IMG/VR virus record: IMGVR_UViG_3300037180_000072
Location: 1-61,355 of that record
Length of the DNA: 61,355 nucleotides
Strand: one strand, 5' to 3'
From: a virus
Taxonomy: Duplodnaviria > Caudoviricetes
A program made the translations under genes and the position numbers. This document shows positions 1-11,000 of the stretch, one piece after another (the stretch's first letter is position 1; every line of letters begins with the position of its first letter). The notes under the pieces were generated by a model. The model did no database searches. It was not told the origin of the DNA and was given only the letters and a program-made list of their open reading frames with translations.

Positions 1-121
1 TCGGCGCAGTCCTTACGCCAGATTCATGGGACAATGATCCTCGTGTAGAATGCTCGCATGGGATTCACTTCTTTTTGACACGGAAAGAAGCGGAGGAGTA
101 CTAGGCGATTTTATTGGGATT

Positions 122-1786
122 TTATTGCCCCGACGAAAAAATCAAATGCAACAAAGCCTTGTCGGCGCCGGTTAGGTGGGCAATCCCCTCAAGAGTCGCT
201 CCCTTAGCCACCATTTTTCCTACCTGCCACAAAGCTTGCTTTTGCAAATATTTCCCAACCTCGGGAGCCTCGTCACCAAACTGCGCAGTCGCGTCTTCGG
301 TCGGCATTTTGTTGAAATCGCGGAACGAACCAATATAATCCGTCTTGGGTGCGAAGCCGAAAGACTGTTTCGCAGTTTGAAGCCAGCCTTTGCCAGTGTT
401 GGACTGCAAAATATCCTGCAGCGCTCTCTGCCCAGTCGCAGTCGTGGGCTCAAATTGTGTGATACTTACCCGGCTCTGCTCGACAGCGTTTCGCAATGAC
501 TGCGAAGAATCGTCACCCATAAACTCCTGCAAACGCCCAGGACGGCCTGGAGTTTTACCGATAGACGCTCTTTGAAGGCGAGGAGACAATTTGTTTGGAT
601 CAACCTGCTCACCTTCCCCAATTCCACTGACGCCCGAGGTAGAACCAACGACGTGGTTATTTATGTCATACGAGGCTTTATATCGCTTCCAGTCCGCTGC
701 AGCGGAATCAACGTCGATGCCTGCGGCTTTTGCTTTCGTCATCGCATCGCCAACTTGATTCTCTAGGCCAATGCGCTCCTGCTCCAACTTGCCTGCAAGT
801 TCTTCATCGCCATTCGTAATCGCGTTTTGAATCCCGGTATTCTTGAGTTTGATTTTTCCCAGAAGATCATCTTTGATATCGACGCCCGTCACAGATTTGA
901 TTTGGGCATAAGTGGCTTTCGACCGAGCTTGCAACTGATCGCCCACGTCCTGATAGACTTGGCGGATAGGAGTAGAGGGATCGACCGGCCTTAAGCCAGC
1001 ATCTTGGGCTGCGGCGTCTGCGCTTGAGCGAATGGCCCCTTGCACCTGGGGCTGCACATCGGAAACGGTTGGACCTTCCGTCACGGCTTCCGCGCCCGCC
1101 GAGATTGGAGCTTTGGCCGCGTTTCGAGCCGCAACTTGCTCTATGCGCTGGCGGAAAGGATTCGGACGAGCCGGTGCGGATGCGGCTTCGGCGGATGCGG
1201 CTTCGGCGGTTGTGGTCGTCGGCACAACAGCATCCGTAGTCGCGGCTTCTGCGTCCGCACCAGCGCCGCCACCCAGCAAAAGTGTAGCCGCTGCCGTGCT
1301 TGCGTCAATTAAGGTGCGAGCGGTCGCGCGGGTAGGATTAGCTTTGAATGCGTCCACTACACTCTGCACCGGAGCAATGTTTAACATATGCTGGCGAGCT
1401 ACATTATCTACCGCACGCAAAGAATCACCAACCGAAGCCCCGCTTGACCGGGATTTTTCGTATTGGTGGATCAAAGGAAAAATTTGTTCGACTTGATGAG
1501 TAAATTGGACAGCAGGAATGGAATCCCAAATACCACGAGGGCTCAAAGTGTTTTTGATGAAGCCGGTAATGTCGTTTGAGGCGTCTTGTTTGCCTTTGGC
1601 GAGATCGGAACCTGGCGCGCCGTTCAATAACCCACTGAGTGTTCCCTGCGCGGGTTGGCTTGGCGCAACAGCAGTAGCACCGGCGGGCAAAGGAAATTGT
1701 TGTGTATCGGTACCGCCAGCGGAAGATGAGCCCGACGAATCAGCAGGCGTAGCGCCGGGAGGCAGTGGAAATGGTTGCGGAGGCAT
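122..1786 (-). CDS. putative DNA-ejection / internal virion protein
   Basis: 554 aa, Ala/Gly/Gln-rich and helical; last gene of the block after the nozzle and GNAT-like genes, the usual ejection-protein position in podoviruses. Confidence 0.5.
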   Translation of the reverse strand: MPPQPFPLPPGATPADSSGSSSAGGTDTQQFPLPAGATAVAPSQPAQGTLSGLLNGAPGSDLAKGKQDASNDITGFIKNTLSPRGIWDSIPAVQFTHQVEQIFPLIHQYEKSRSSGASVGDSLRAVDNVARQHMLNIAPVQSVVDAFKANPTRATARTLIDASTAAATLLLGGGAGADAEAATTDAVVPTTTTAEAASAEAASAPARPNPFRQRIEQVAARNAAKAPISAGAEAVTEGPTVSDVQPQVQGAIRSSADAAAQDAGLRPVDPSTPIRQVYQDVGDQLQARSKATYAQIKSVTGVDIKDDLLGKIKLKNTGIQNAITNGDEELAGKLEQERIGLENQVGDAMTKAKAAGIDVDSAAADWKRYKASYDINNHVVGSTSGVSGIGEGEQVDPNKLSPRLQRASIGKTPGRPGRLQEFMGDDSSQSLRNAVEQSRVSITQFEPTTATGQRALQDILQSNTGKGWLQTAKQSFGFAPKTDYIGSFRDFNKMPTEDATAQFGDEAPEVGKYLQKQALWQVGKMVAKGATLEGIAHLTGADKALLHLIFSSGQ

Positions 1787-1788
1787 GA

Positions 1789-3876
1789 CTACTGTCCCCC
1801 GTATACACTACCGTCGCTCGTGTACCAAGTTTTTCCATCGTCGGTGTACAAAATTCCGTGTTCTTGTGTAGCACTGGCTTGTTTGAAGTCGCCGAGGTTC
1901 GCGTGAACTTTACTCGCGGCGCTTCCCGCAGGAGCGGGTGTCGATGCCGGGCTATCCTGAAGAATATCGCCCTCACGCTGTTGAACATATCCATTGGTGC
2001 CGATGCGTCCTTTAACTTGGGACTTGACATTCTCCCGAGATTGGTCAACAACGCCATCAAACTGGCCTTGGTTCAGATTGTAAATGAACGTGTCCGCTGA
2101 CGCCTGCCGAGCAGAATCGGTCGGAGTTCCGCCTCCAATGACCTTGGCGTAATCATCCGCCGCACCAAGCACTGCGGCTCGATAGGTCGCAAGTGCCGGA
2201 CTTCCGGCTTGGTACTTTAGCCAATCAGAATATGTATTGAGTGCGGGAATCTTCGTATTGCCAAGGGCATCGTGGGCCGCTTTCAATTGGTCAAGCATTC
2301 CACCAGGCTGGGCAAGGCTGCGAGCAGAACCGTAGAAAACTTGGTTCCCCGGCTCTTTCAACGCTTGCTCTCCGACAATTTCGTTGGTGGCGTTATAGCT
2401 AGGGTTAATTTTCTTAGCCGCGTCGATGGCTTCCGCAATAGCTCCCGGCGTAAATTTGTTGGTTTTCAAATCGGCCAGAGTAACATCTCCTGCCGCCAAA
2501 GCTTTTCCAATGTCGGCCACATTTCCCTGTTCGGCCAACACTTTAGCGTTTTCTGCGCTGTACATATCCGACAGATATGCGCGATGCGCACTTGTCGCCT
2601 GAGCCAATAAACGAGTCTCCCGGACTTTTTTGTCAGGATCGGTTTCCGTTGCAATCATGTTTTTCAGCATCGGAACCGCCGCCGAAGATTTCGCGCCTTC
2701 CATCTCACTCGGGTCGGTTTCCAACTTAAACAGCGGGTCCGTCGATTGCTGCTTCGCTACTAGGTCGGCTTTGGCCGTCAACTTCGCCACAGCATCCGCT
2801 GAAAGTGCAGCCTTGTTCTGCGCCAGGAGCACGGCTTGGCGTTTCTGTTGCGGCGTGGAGTTCGGGTCAGCCAATGTTTTTCGAGCCATAGCTACCACGG
2901 GGTCGTCGTTTCCTTTGGAGTCCTGTAATTCTTTTCCGGCAGCGTCTAAAATATATCCTTGGCGCATATTGAATATTGAAGGGGTGGCTGTGGCCGCAGC
3001 GGAAGGCGAAGCAGTCGCGGGTTGGGGCACCGCAGTCGCGGGTTGACCCGCCGCAGGCGCAGCCGTACCCAAAGGAGGTGCATTTGTCGTAGCTGGCGCA
3101 CCAGGAGTAGCCGTCGAATTTGACGCAGGCACACCAGATGGTGACGCGGGGGCTCCACTCGCGGGCGCAGCAGCGGGCGCAGCAGCGGGCGTGTTGGACT
3201 GACCCGTAAGTTGGTAAACCTGACCGCTGTTGGGATCGACACCCCAGCCCTGGGGTACTTGGCCGCGACTGTCGAACATATCTTGAGCTTGAGTTTGATT
3301 CGCCAGCGCGCCTGCAGTAAGTTGCTGTTGTTTACCCTGAACATCCAAATCCGATTGCGTCATCTGGTTGTGAATCGTAGACATGTACAAAATATTCTGG
3401 CCCACTTTTTCGTTTGTATCCGCAACCATCAAATCCTGTTGCAACTTTGCGTTCTTCTGCGCCTGCGCGGCCTCTTGAGCTTGAATTTTTTGCTGCTGCT
3501 GATTGGCATAATATTGCTGAACTTCTGGCGCGCCACCTTCGCGGCCATGAGAAGAAACAGAGGTGCCCGCAGCCGACAGGGCGACCCCAATTCCGGCTAT
3601 CATATTTAGCAAGCGAGAATGGGGTACCGTCGGAGGAACAATCGGAATTTTTGCGTCTTGCTGAACTTGAGAATATGCAGCTTGAGCGCGGCCCATACTG
3701 TCGCGGGCCGCTGCCTCCGCCGCATCCCCAGACGAAGATGAATTCGTGGGGGCAGCATTAACCGCGCCGGGTGCGTTCGACACCAACGGCACAGTGTTGG
3801 CAGACACAGGGGCGGGCGAAGACACCACGGGCAAGGAAGCGGGTGCTGGGGTCGGATTTGGTGTCGGATCAGCCAT
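1789..3876 (-). CDS. putative DNA-ejection / internal virion protein
   Basis: 695 aa; Pro/Ala linkers, Q-rich coiled coil, hydrophobic segment LLNMIAGIGVALSAAG; position. Confidence 0.55.
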   Translation of the reverse strand: MADPTPNPTPAPASLPVVSSPAPVSANTVPLVSNAPGAVNAAPTNSSSSGDAAEAAARDSMGRAQAAYSQVQQDAKIPIVPPTVPHSRLLNMIAGIGVALSAAGTSVSSHGREGGAPEVQQYYANQQQQKIQAQEAAQAQKNAKLQQDLMVADTNEKVGQNILYMSTIHNQMTQSDLDVQGKQQQLTAGALANQTQAQDMFDSRGQVPQGWGVDPNSGQVYQLTGQSNTPAAAPAAAPASGAPASPSGVPASNSTATPGAPATTNAPPLGTAAPAAGQPATAVPQPATASPSAAATATPSIFNMRQGYILDAAGKELQDSKGNDDPVVAMARKTLADPNSTPQQKRQAVLLAQNKAALSADAVAKLTAKADLVAKQQSTDPLFKLETDPSEMEGAKSSAAVPMLKNMIATETDPDKKVRETRLLAQATSAHRAYLSDMYSAENAKVLAEQGNVADIGKALAAGDVTLADLKTNKFTPGAIAEAIDAAKKINPSYNATNEIVGEQALKEPGNQVFYGSARSLAQPGGMLDQLKAAHDALGNTKIPALNTYSDWLKYQAGSPALATYRAAVLGAADDYAKVIGGGTPTDSARQASADTFIYNLNQGQFDGVVDQSRENVKSQVKGRIGTNGYVQQREGDILQDSPASTPAPAGSAASKVHANLGDFKQASATQEHGILYTDDGKTWYTSDGSVYGGQ

Positions 3877-3882
3877 AAAATA

Positions 3883-4593
3883 TCATCCTTGGACCGGCGC
3901 TGCAGGGGCCGCCGCCGGGGCGGGCGCGGCTGCAGGCGCAGTTTGGGGCGCAGGTTGGTCTGCCGGACCACCCGAACCCGTATTATTGCCGCCTTGAGCC
4001 TCTGGCTGCGATTCCTGCTCCTCTGGCGCGGCGGCCTGGGGCTGGCCTGGCGCTCGAAGCTGCGGAGCGTGCCCGCCAGGTTTCACACCGCTATGCGCCC
4101 TTGCGACATCTTGATTTGGCTTAAAAACCAGTTGCTGCAAAAGTACACCGAAATCCAGCAAGTTCATCCCAGCACCGTCGGTTTTCTTCACCAAATCCAA
4201 TTGAGCCTGCGCGGTCTTGACATCTGGGTTGTTGTCGCCCAGTAAACTTTTGACGTTGTTAATGTGCTTCTGCGCGGCAGAGATCGCCGATTTTGCGGAG
4301 TCGGAATCCTTGGGAATTATGGTCGTGCGCAGCTTCTCGACCGGATGGGCCACCGTTTCGCCGTCAGGAGAACCGAAACCTTTGCCACCAGATTTGTGAT
4401 AGGTGGTAAGTAAGTTGCGAACCATTCCGCCGGTACTTGCCGCAGCGGCGCCGACAGCTTGGATATGCTCGTCCATTGGCTGTGAAAGATAGGGGATCGA
4501 AAATGAACGCGAAACTCCTGAGCCATCGAAAAGTTGCGCGATCTTTTCGTTCAGTGCCGAATACGATTTCTGTAGGTTTATTTTGTCGGCCAT
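3883..4593 (-). CDS. hypothetical virion-associated protein
   Basis: 236-aa ORF tightly packed in the ejection block. Confidence 0.5.
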   Translation of the reverse strand: MADKINLQKSYSALNEKIAQLFDGSGVSRSFSIPYLSQPMDEHIQAVGAAAASTGGMVRNLLTTYHKSGGKGFGSPDGETVAHPVEKLRTTIIPKDSDSAKSAISAAQKHINNVKSLLGDNNPDVKTAQAQLDLVKKTDGAGMNLLDFGVLLQQLVFKPNQDVARAHSGVKPGGHAPQLRAPGQPQAAAPEEQESQPEAQGGNNTGSGGPADQPAPQTAPAAAPAPAAAPAAPVQG

Positions 4594-4598
4594 GTTAA

Positions 4599-5261
4599 TT
4601 AGCCCACAGAGCTAGAGCTAGAGCTAGAGCCACCGTGCGTAAAATCTTTAGCTATTGCCGCGCCGCCAGTCACGAGCGAGCCAATCCCGCCGAGCAGGGA
4701 ACCAAGGTCTTGCCATCCTGCGTTATCCGCGCTCACCACCGCGCTGCCTGCGTTGATGGCACTATCCGCAGCATTATTTGCGCCGCCAATTGCAGTCGCA
4801 CCGGACCCACCATATTGCGCGCCAACACTGTTCAACCCTTGGATCGCATTCCAATAATTTTGCTGCTTCATTGACTGATTCTGTTCACTGAGCGAAGCCA
4901 ATTGCGCAGCCTTACTTTGCGCCGCAGACGAGGCAACGGCTCCGGCAAGTTGACCAGTTGGGCCGGAACCAACATCGGCGGCGCCGTGCGTTGCCGCATA
5001 AGCAGATGCGGCGCCAATTGCAGACTTCGCCGCGTTCGCGGTGTTGGTGTCAATCGCGGACGTGGCCGCAGCAAGTTGAGGACCGGAATATCCAAGGGGG
5101 TTGGCCGCCATCGCGTTCAACCGCGCCTGCTGTTGAGCCAAAACTCCCTGTTGTTCTGCGAAATCTGTCACGTAGTTGGAGTTTAATGTGGTCGTCATCG
5201 CGGTCTGCGCTTTTTGCAAAGCCAAATCAGAGGCGACTACGGCTGCCGAATCACTGCACAT
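4599..5261 (-). CDS. small internal virion (ejection) protein
   Basis: Likely start MCSDS at 5261; Ala/Gly/Gln-rich with C-terminal LGSLLGGIGSLVTGG, typical of pilot proteins. Confidence 0.55.
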   Translation of the reverse strand: MCSDSAAVVASDLALQKAQTAMTTTLNSNYVTDFAEQQGVLAQQQARLNAMAANPLGYSGPQLAAATSAIDTNTANAAKSAIGAASAYAATHGAADVGSGPTGQLAGAVASSAAQSKAAQLASLSEQNQSMKQQNYWNAIQGLNSVGAQYGGSGATAIGGANNAADSAINAGSAVVSADNAGWQDLGSLLGGIGSLVTGGAAIAKDFTHGGSSSSSSSVG

Positions 5262-5700
5262 GTTGCACCACCGACTCTGGCCCGGCCATCTCTTTATTGA
5301 GGTCGAGCACAAAAAGGTTTCGATGTTGGAGTTCGAAATTATTTTTCATCGCCCACTTCGCAACTCCATAATCAGGTTTAGACAAAGTTTCTATCGAACG
5401 AATTCCATATTGCACATAGAAAGCCTCAAGTCCGGCCTTCAGCACACTCAATGCCTGCAACTTTTCCGATGCCCGCGCTTCGGGATTAAACCCGAGATGG
5501 GCAACTACAGCGGACAAGAAAACTGGCGCGAACGCGACAACAACGCCGTCTTTCTCGGCGGCAAAAGTAAGCACAGTTGGGTTCGTTTTCTTCAGACCCG
5601 AGATCAAATCTTTGGGGTCGATTTGCGGGTTCTGGCTGGCCCAAACGCTAAACGCTTCCGCATCAGCAGGTTCGGCCAAACGAAATTTCCAATCCGGCAT
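5251..5700 (-). CDS. GNAT-fold acetyltransferase-like protein
   Basis: N-terminal FRLAEPADAEAF and TFAAEKDGVVVAF pattern; GNAT-like genes commonly precede ejection genes. Confidence 0.5.
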   Translation of the reverse strand: MPDWKFRLAEPADAEAFSVWASQNPQIDPKDLISGLKKTNPTVLTFAAEKDGVVVAFAPVFLSAVVAHLGFNPEARASEKLQALSVLKAGLEAFYVQYGIRSIETLSKPDYGVAKWAMKNNFELQHRNLFVLDLNKEMAGPESVVQHVQ

Positions 5701-5714
5701 GAGAGAGTCCTCTA

Positions 5715-5732
5715 TATGATTGAAAAAGTCTT
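5715..5732 (-). promoter_or_regulatory. phage late-promoter motif copy 1 (AAGACTTTTTCAATCATA)
   Basis: Matches the 12-copy consensus; 15 nt upstream of the ATG at 5700. Confidence 0.7.
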
Positions 5733-5738
5733 GTTATT

Positions 5739-6203
5739 CTACGCCAATCGCACTCTTTGACTCGGACTCGACAACAGATCGCTTTCCCCACTCGGGCCGA
5801 CGGAGGTGACCACGATTGAGTGTGGGATTGGAGTGTTCGGCACAGAGAAAGTTAGCGGCGATTTCGATCCCGCAGCAACCTGCACTGGATTTTTTCCCGC
5901 GCGCTTCAGGTACACGCGAGCCCCTTGAAAAAATTTATCTCCGCCGGGATGGACGAACGCGACCGTAACATTTTTTTGGCCCGCGACGGTTCGAGTTACG
6001 ACGCGAACATTGCGGACGTGCTTCGGTGTCGTGCGCGGCGAAACGGATGGCCGAGACGGCTGCGTGGTTGGTAGAACATTCGAAACCTGCGGCACAGAGT
6101 AACTTTTTTGCTGCTGCAACTGGTTAGTGTGATGGCTTCCATCCGACGGCCACAGAATGGACGTGGTCGGAGTTGATTTTGGGAATTTAGGTTGAGTCTC
6201 CAT
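5739..6203 (-). CDS. hypothetical virion protein with C-terminal FN3/Ig-like beta domain
   Basis: 154 aa; beta-rich C-terminus (IVVTSVGPSGES). Confidence 0.45.
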   Translation of the reverse strand: METQPKFPKSTPTTSILWPSDGSHHTNQLQQQKSYSVPQVSNVLPTTQPSRPSVSPRTTPKHVRNVRVVTRTVAGQKNVTVAFVHPGGDKFFQGARVYLKRAGKNPVQVAAGSKSPLTFSVPNTPIPHSIVVTSVGPSGESDLLSSPSQRVRLA

Positions 6204-6205
6204 AG

Positions 6206-8095
6206 CTATACCTTCTGGTCAGATTTGAACGAAAGTCCCTTAACGCAGTTGGGAGCGTTTTCAGGCTCAAACCTGATCTTAACTTGGACGGAATGTACCA
6301 ATTGTGACATTAGGGCGGAGTTAGCCATATTCACTGGAAATCTCAGCGCCTGAATAGATTTGCTAGGCCACGTTTGCCCAATCGGAGGCTCTTGTAAAAC
6401 TTCAGGCAACTGAACGAAACCAATTCCCGCCGTATCGGAAATTTCATTAGGCATCACCCAAAGTTCTGGGACACTTGGGCCACCGAAATCTCCCGTTCCC
6501 ACAGCGTCGCAGTAAATGCATACATGCTCTAGCGGAAGCGCCTCCCCACCTAATGGAGAAAGCGTGATACTTCCGATCACGATATTTGTTTCCGGGTATG
6601 GTGTTCCGTTATTCGCGCCGTAGGCTCCGCCGTCTCCCCACGAATTCAAGTCTCTAGCGTACAAATAATTTCCAGGATTCTGGTATGTAATCGTGATCTG
6701 AACCTCGGCCACAAAAACTTCCGGGTTGCCAATCGTATACATCGCGCTCGCGACAGCGCTATTGAGATACCCCCCGGCACTCGCCACGGCCTTCACTGTC
6801 TCCGATACTGAAACAGTAATCGGTACCGTATATACGGCGCCGTGTGATCCTGGAACCGGCGTTGAGCCGTCGGTGGTGTACGTGATCGTACTTGCGGGCG
6901 TCGCGCAAGTTATCGTCACGGTTTGCGCCGTAGCGTATACACCCGTTCCCGGCGCCAGTATGGGTGTCGCCGCCGCACCTTCAATAACGTACGTCCCGGT
7001 GACCACGGCACTGTTGGTGTACCCCGGGGCGCTGCCGATTGCCTTGATCGTCGTGGTCGTGGCAACCGTGATCGGGCCGCCGTAGACCGAACCGTGCGAA
7101 CCCGGAACCGGCGTACTGCCGTCTATCGTGTATGTAATCGTACTGGCCGGGGTCGCGCAGGTAAGGGTAACGGATTGAGCAGGACCATACATGCCCGGCG
7201 GCGGAGCGAACGTCGGGTTTGCAGTCATGGCCGAAATGACATATGCCGCGTCGGCTTCCGCGCTATTCAAATATCCTGGCGCGCTCGCGACGGCTTTGAT
7301 CGTCAACGATGTTGAAACAGAAATCGGTGTGGAGTAGACAGAACCATGCGAGCCCGGAACCGGCGTCGAACCATCCAGCGTATACGTGATCGTACTGCCC
7401 GATGTCGCACACGAAATCGCCACGGATTGCGGCGCGCCGTACGTTCCCGCTGGCGGCATGTACGTTGGCGTAGCCGTCGTGGGGATGCTGCCCTCTTTGA
7501 AAGAAGCAATGATCGAGGACCAGTAAATCGGAGGCCCGCTGACCGGGAAAGAGGCCGTGACAAAACCCGCAGCCGGATTCAAATAGCACGCCGTGGCCGC
7601 TGGGTTTATTAGCGCGGCGTTGCTGATGGGCTCGAATGTAAATGGACTATCTACCGAAGATGCCGCCGCACCCAAAGACAGAGACGCAACTACAATTCCC
7701 CCGCTGGTAGGAGAGAGCGAGCCTTGTGGCGTACCGCCATACGACAGGGCCGAAACGGCGTATACATCGAAAAGACCACCCGTGAGGCTGTTGTTGTCGT
7801 AAAGACCGACAGAAATACCACTCGACCCGTCGGCCCCCGAACTGATAATCTCCAAGTCTGTGACGCCCGATGACGCGCTCAATGAATATGCAAGATACGC
7901 GGCGCCCACATCGGAGTTTACGGGACCAAGTAAAGTCCAGTCATTGCCTTTAGAGTCTCCAATTTCAGTAATCGTAATTGCCCCATCACAAACGATGGAC
8001 GCCACAAGCAGATTTCCGCTCGAAGCCGGGCAGGGAAATAGATCGTCGCCAGTGGCCGTAACTGAATAGGTGCTGAATCGATTGAAAGTAATCAT
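6206..8095 (-). CDS. virion protein with three chitobiase/CHB_HEX_C (FN3-associated) repeats plus the probable C-terminal part of the nozzle protein
   Basis: Three repeats of about 84 aa, ATPTxxPxxGxYxxxQSVxIxCATxxSTITYTxDGSTP; TGATG overlap with the upstream ORF. Confidence 0.65.
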   Translation of the reverse strand: MITFNRFSTYSVTATGDDLFPCPASSGNLLVASIVCDGAITITEIGDSKGNDWTLLGPVNSDVGAAYLAYSLSASSGVTDLEIISSGADGSSGISVGLYDNNSLTGGLFDVYAVSALSYGGTPQGSLSPTSGGIVVASLSLGAAASSVDSPFTFEPISNAALINPAATACYLNPAAGFVTASFPVSGPPIYWSSIIASFKEGSIPTTATPTYMPPAGTYGAPQSVAISCATSGSTITYTLDGSTPVPGSHGSVYSTPISVSTSLTIKAVASAPGYLNSAEADAAYVISAMTANPTFAPPPGMYGPAQSVTLTCATPASTITYTIDGSTPVPGSHGSVYGGPITVATTTTIKAIGSAPGYTNSAVVTGTYVIEGAAATPILAPGTGVYATAQTVTITCATPASTITYTTDGSTPVPGSHGAVYTVPITVSVSETVKAVASAGGYLNSAVASAMYTIGNPEVFVAEVQITITYQNPGNYLYARDLNSWGDGGAYGANNGTPYPETNIVIGSITLSPLGGEALPLEHVCIYCDAVGTGDFGGPSVPELWVMPNEISDTAGIGFVQLPEVLQEPPIGQTWPSKSIQALRFPVNMANSALMSQLVHSVQVKIRFEPENAPNCVKGLSFKSDQKV

Positions 8096-11000
8096 CAGGC
8101 AAACCCCGCGAATGTGGCCGTCAAATCAAAACTGATCGGAGTCGTCAGCAGCGCCGCCGGGCTCTGCCAAGGCATCCCCCACAAGTCCGACGGACCGCCG
8201 AAAACGAAAGTTGTGTTGCTTGTCCCAAACGAAAACGTATGAGTCTCCGCTCCGGCTGCCGCATTCGTTGGCGTAATCTCCAAACTCAAACTCGCCGAAG
8301 GTGCGGTTTGTTTGCCAACGACAGTGACTTGGACTCCTTGAATCGCCGCCGTGGCCGGAATTTGACTGACCGCATAGTTGAGCGCCCGCAAAATTTGAGA
8401 CGATCCCGCTGCACCAAATGTAACCGTCGTGTACGAAGTCGCTGATCCCGACGTAATGTTGCTTGGATTCAACCATGCCGTTCCTGAACCAGCGACACTC
8501 GCGCCAGTGCCTGGATTGAGCGGCCCGAGAATAGATGTAGTGCCCCCGGTCGGCGCGCCTAGCATCAAACTGTACACACCGTCGGAAGTTTCAACTGAAT
8601 TCAGTGCTCCGGCGCCAAAGCTTGGGAACGCAGGCACGCTCCACGCACCGATGTTGCTGCCGTACCTTACAATTCTGTCCACGCCGTTGCTGATGAACGC
8701 TCCGACATCCAAGCCGTCCCGGTGCATGGTAACGTATGACCGTTTAGGGTCGAAGTTGTCCGTCAAATAGTCGGCAATGCGTTCGCCAATTTCCTGCTTC
8801 TCTTGGCCGATCAACTCGAAATACTCTTTCTGAGTCGTGAACTGCCCGGTGATCGACCCATCCCGAAAAATCGCATTGGAGTTCAGAATTCCGAAATTGC
8901 TCAATGCATCCGGCGAGTAGAACGAAATCGTCTCAGGGCCGCCCAGAATTTCATAGGTCCGATCCGAGGCCCATACAACGAGGCCCAAGCCATCCGCAGT
9001 TGGAACCAACGCGAAAGGTTTTGATGCATATTGAAAACGATTGGCTGGCGGCCATGATTCTTCAGGAACACCGTTGGTACAATCCGGGCCTGCATCAAAA
9101 TAAACGTAGTTGCCAACAATCATCCACAATCGGCCCTGCCAATATGCCGTAAATGCGCCCGCTCCCGGAGGCGTAGTGATAGAGCCTGGCGCACCAGGAG
9201 GGGGATCGTTCTGATGATCCAGCGAAGCAACTAGCAAAATATCCAAATCCGCGTCGGTCACAAAATCGTTGTAGGACCACTGGGCGTTCACACCCGGGTT
9301 CGTCGCTGCCCCGGAAAATAGATAGATGCCTCCGCCATCAGAGGTGCGATAAATCTCGATGGCGTTGAATGTCGCGATGCCTGCGTCCGCCGTCTGTGTG
9401 TAATTCGGCCACTCGAAATAAATCTGGAAATAGGTGTTCAGTGTTCCGATTGGCTGATCAACGGAGATTACTTGAAATTGCTGCCCGTTCAAAAACGAAG
9501 CCGAGGTCAGGCCATCGATGGTAACCCAAAGACCGGGCTGAAAATTATTCGAAGCCATAATTGTCACGACGTTGGCGGATACGGAAACGGCTGTGATGTT
9601 GGCACTGGCGTTGCACAGCGGAGACCCGGTTCCTACGCCGGTCACGGTCGAGATCAGCGGGATGGCCGAGCCCGCGTCCACGGTGTTAGAGACGTTGGCG
9701 TGAGTGAAATTGGCCGTGAAGCTGCCATTGACGTTTACCGTGCCTGCGTCTGCTGTGGCACCGTAGGTAGCATGGGTAAAGTTCGCTTCAAACTGAGTGC
9801 CCGAAAGTCCACCGGGCAAAACGGTCACTGTCTGCCCATTCAAGAATGTAGCTACGCTGACATCGGAGAAAGTAACTTTCTGTCCGGCGACCAATTTGTT
9901 AATCGCAAGGATGGTTAGTACGTTCGAGCCGCTTACCGCGACGCTTGTGAGTGGAAACGAAGCCGAAGGGACGGCGGACAAAACGGTAAAGGACTCCTCG
10001 TTGAGGTAGGTTCCAACAGTGAGACCGGAGACAGTGAAAACATTTCCAGGAAGAAAGTTGTTGTTGCCATTGAAAGTCACGATATTGCTGGCAATGGAAA
10101 AACTTGTGATCGCGCCATTCAGCGGCCCCAAAATCGCGCCAGTATTGTCGCTGATCGGGCTGCTGGTCGTCAGATGCCCATAGATCGTGCGATAGCCATA
10201 GACATAGCTATATCCCGTGAAAGCAAGACCAGTCCCCTGGCCGATGTTCGTCCAAGTGTAGTCCCCGTCCTGAGTCTCGCCGCCAATTGTTGTATTCCAG
10301 ACCGGCGCGATGCTTCCGGTGGTGATCGGAGATTGAGTTTCAACCCAGTATGGAACCGTGGTAGTGACGGAGCCCGCCAATGTCGCTACCGTATAACCGC
10401 TGGTGGGAACGATGCCGGTATTCGATCCGTTGAACACGGAAGTCCAGTACGAACCGCCATAAGCCACAATTTGCCCGGCAGCGTAAGTAACCCCGGAGTT
10501 CCAAGGATCAATGACATTGCTGGCCGACGCACCCAATTGTAGGAAGCCGTTGTTATCCAAAATCACAACAGGTGTCGGATAGTAAGTCGTTGGGTACCAA
10601 GTCTCAATCGGCCCGTAGTTTGTCCAGACAACTCCGCCGTCTGCCACATCCGTGCCGATTGTCGTCGGCCAAATAGGTTCGTTCTCGCCGGAGATGCCGG
10701 GCGCAGAGACTCCCGAGGGCAGAGTGTAGTAGACAGTGACCACGGGCAGGTTGGTACCATAGGTGGTACCTTCTACAAATATGGCTCCGCCGTGCGCACC
10801 AGTGATCGCGCTAATATTTCCAGAGATTGCTACGCCGAACCCGGTCGCCCCATTAGCGTTAATTTGCGCAGGCGTAGGAGTCGCACCCCACAAGTCAGTG
10901 GGGCCACCGTATGTGATTGAGGTGTACCCAGTCTCGCTCCAAGGGGCGCCGGACGCGTGATCGGTGCCGACAACGGCGCCGCCGATTACCAGCTTTATGG

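Noticed and set aside
4609-4630. GAGCTA tandem repeat
   Set aside because: It simply encodes a poly-Ser tail
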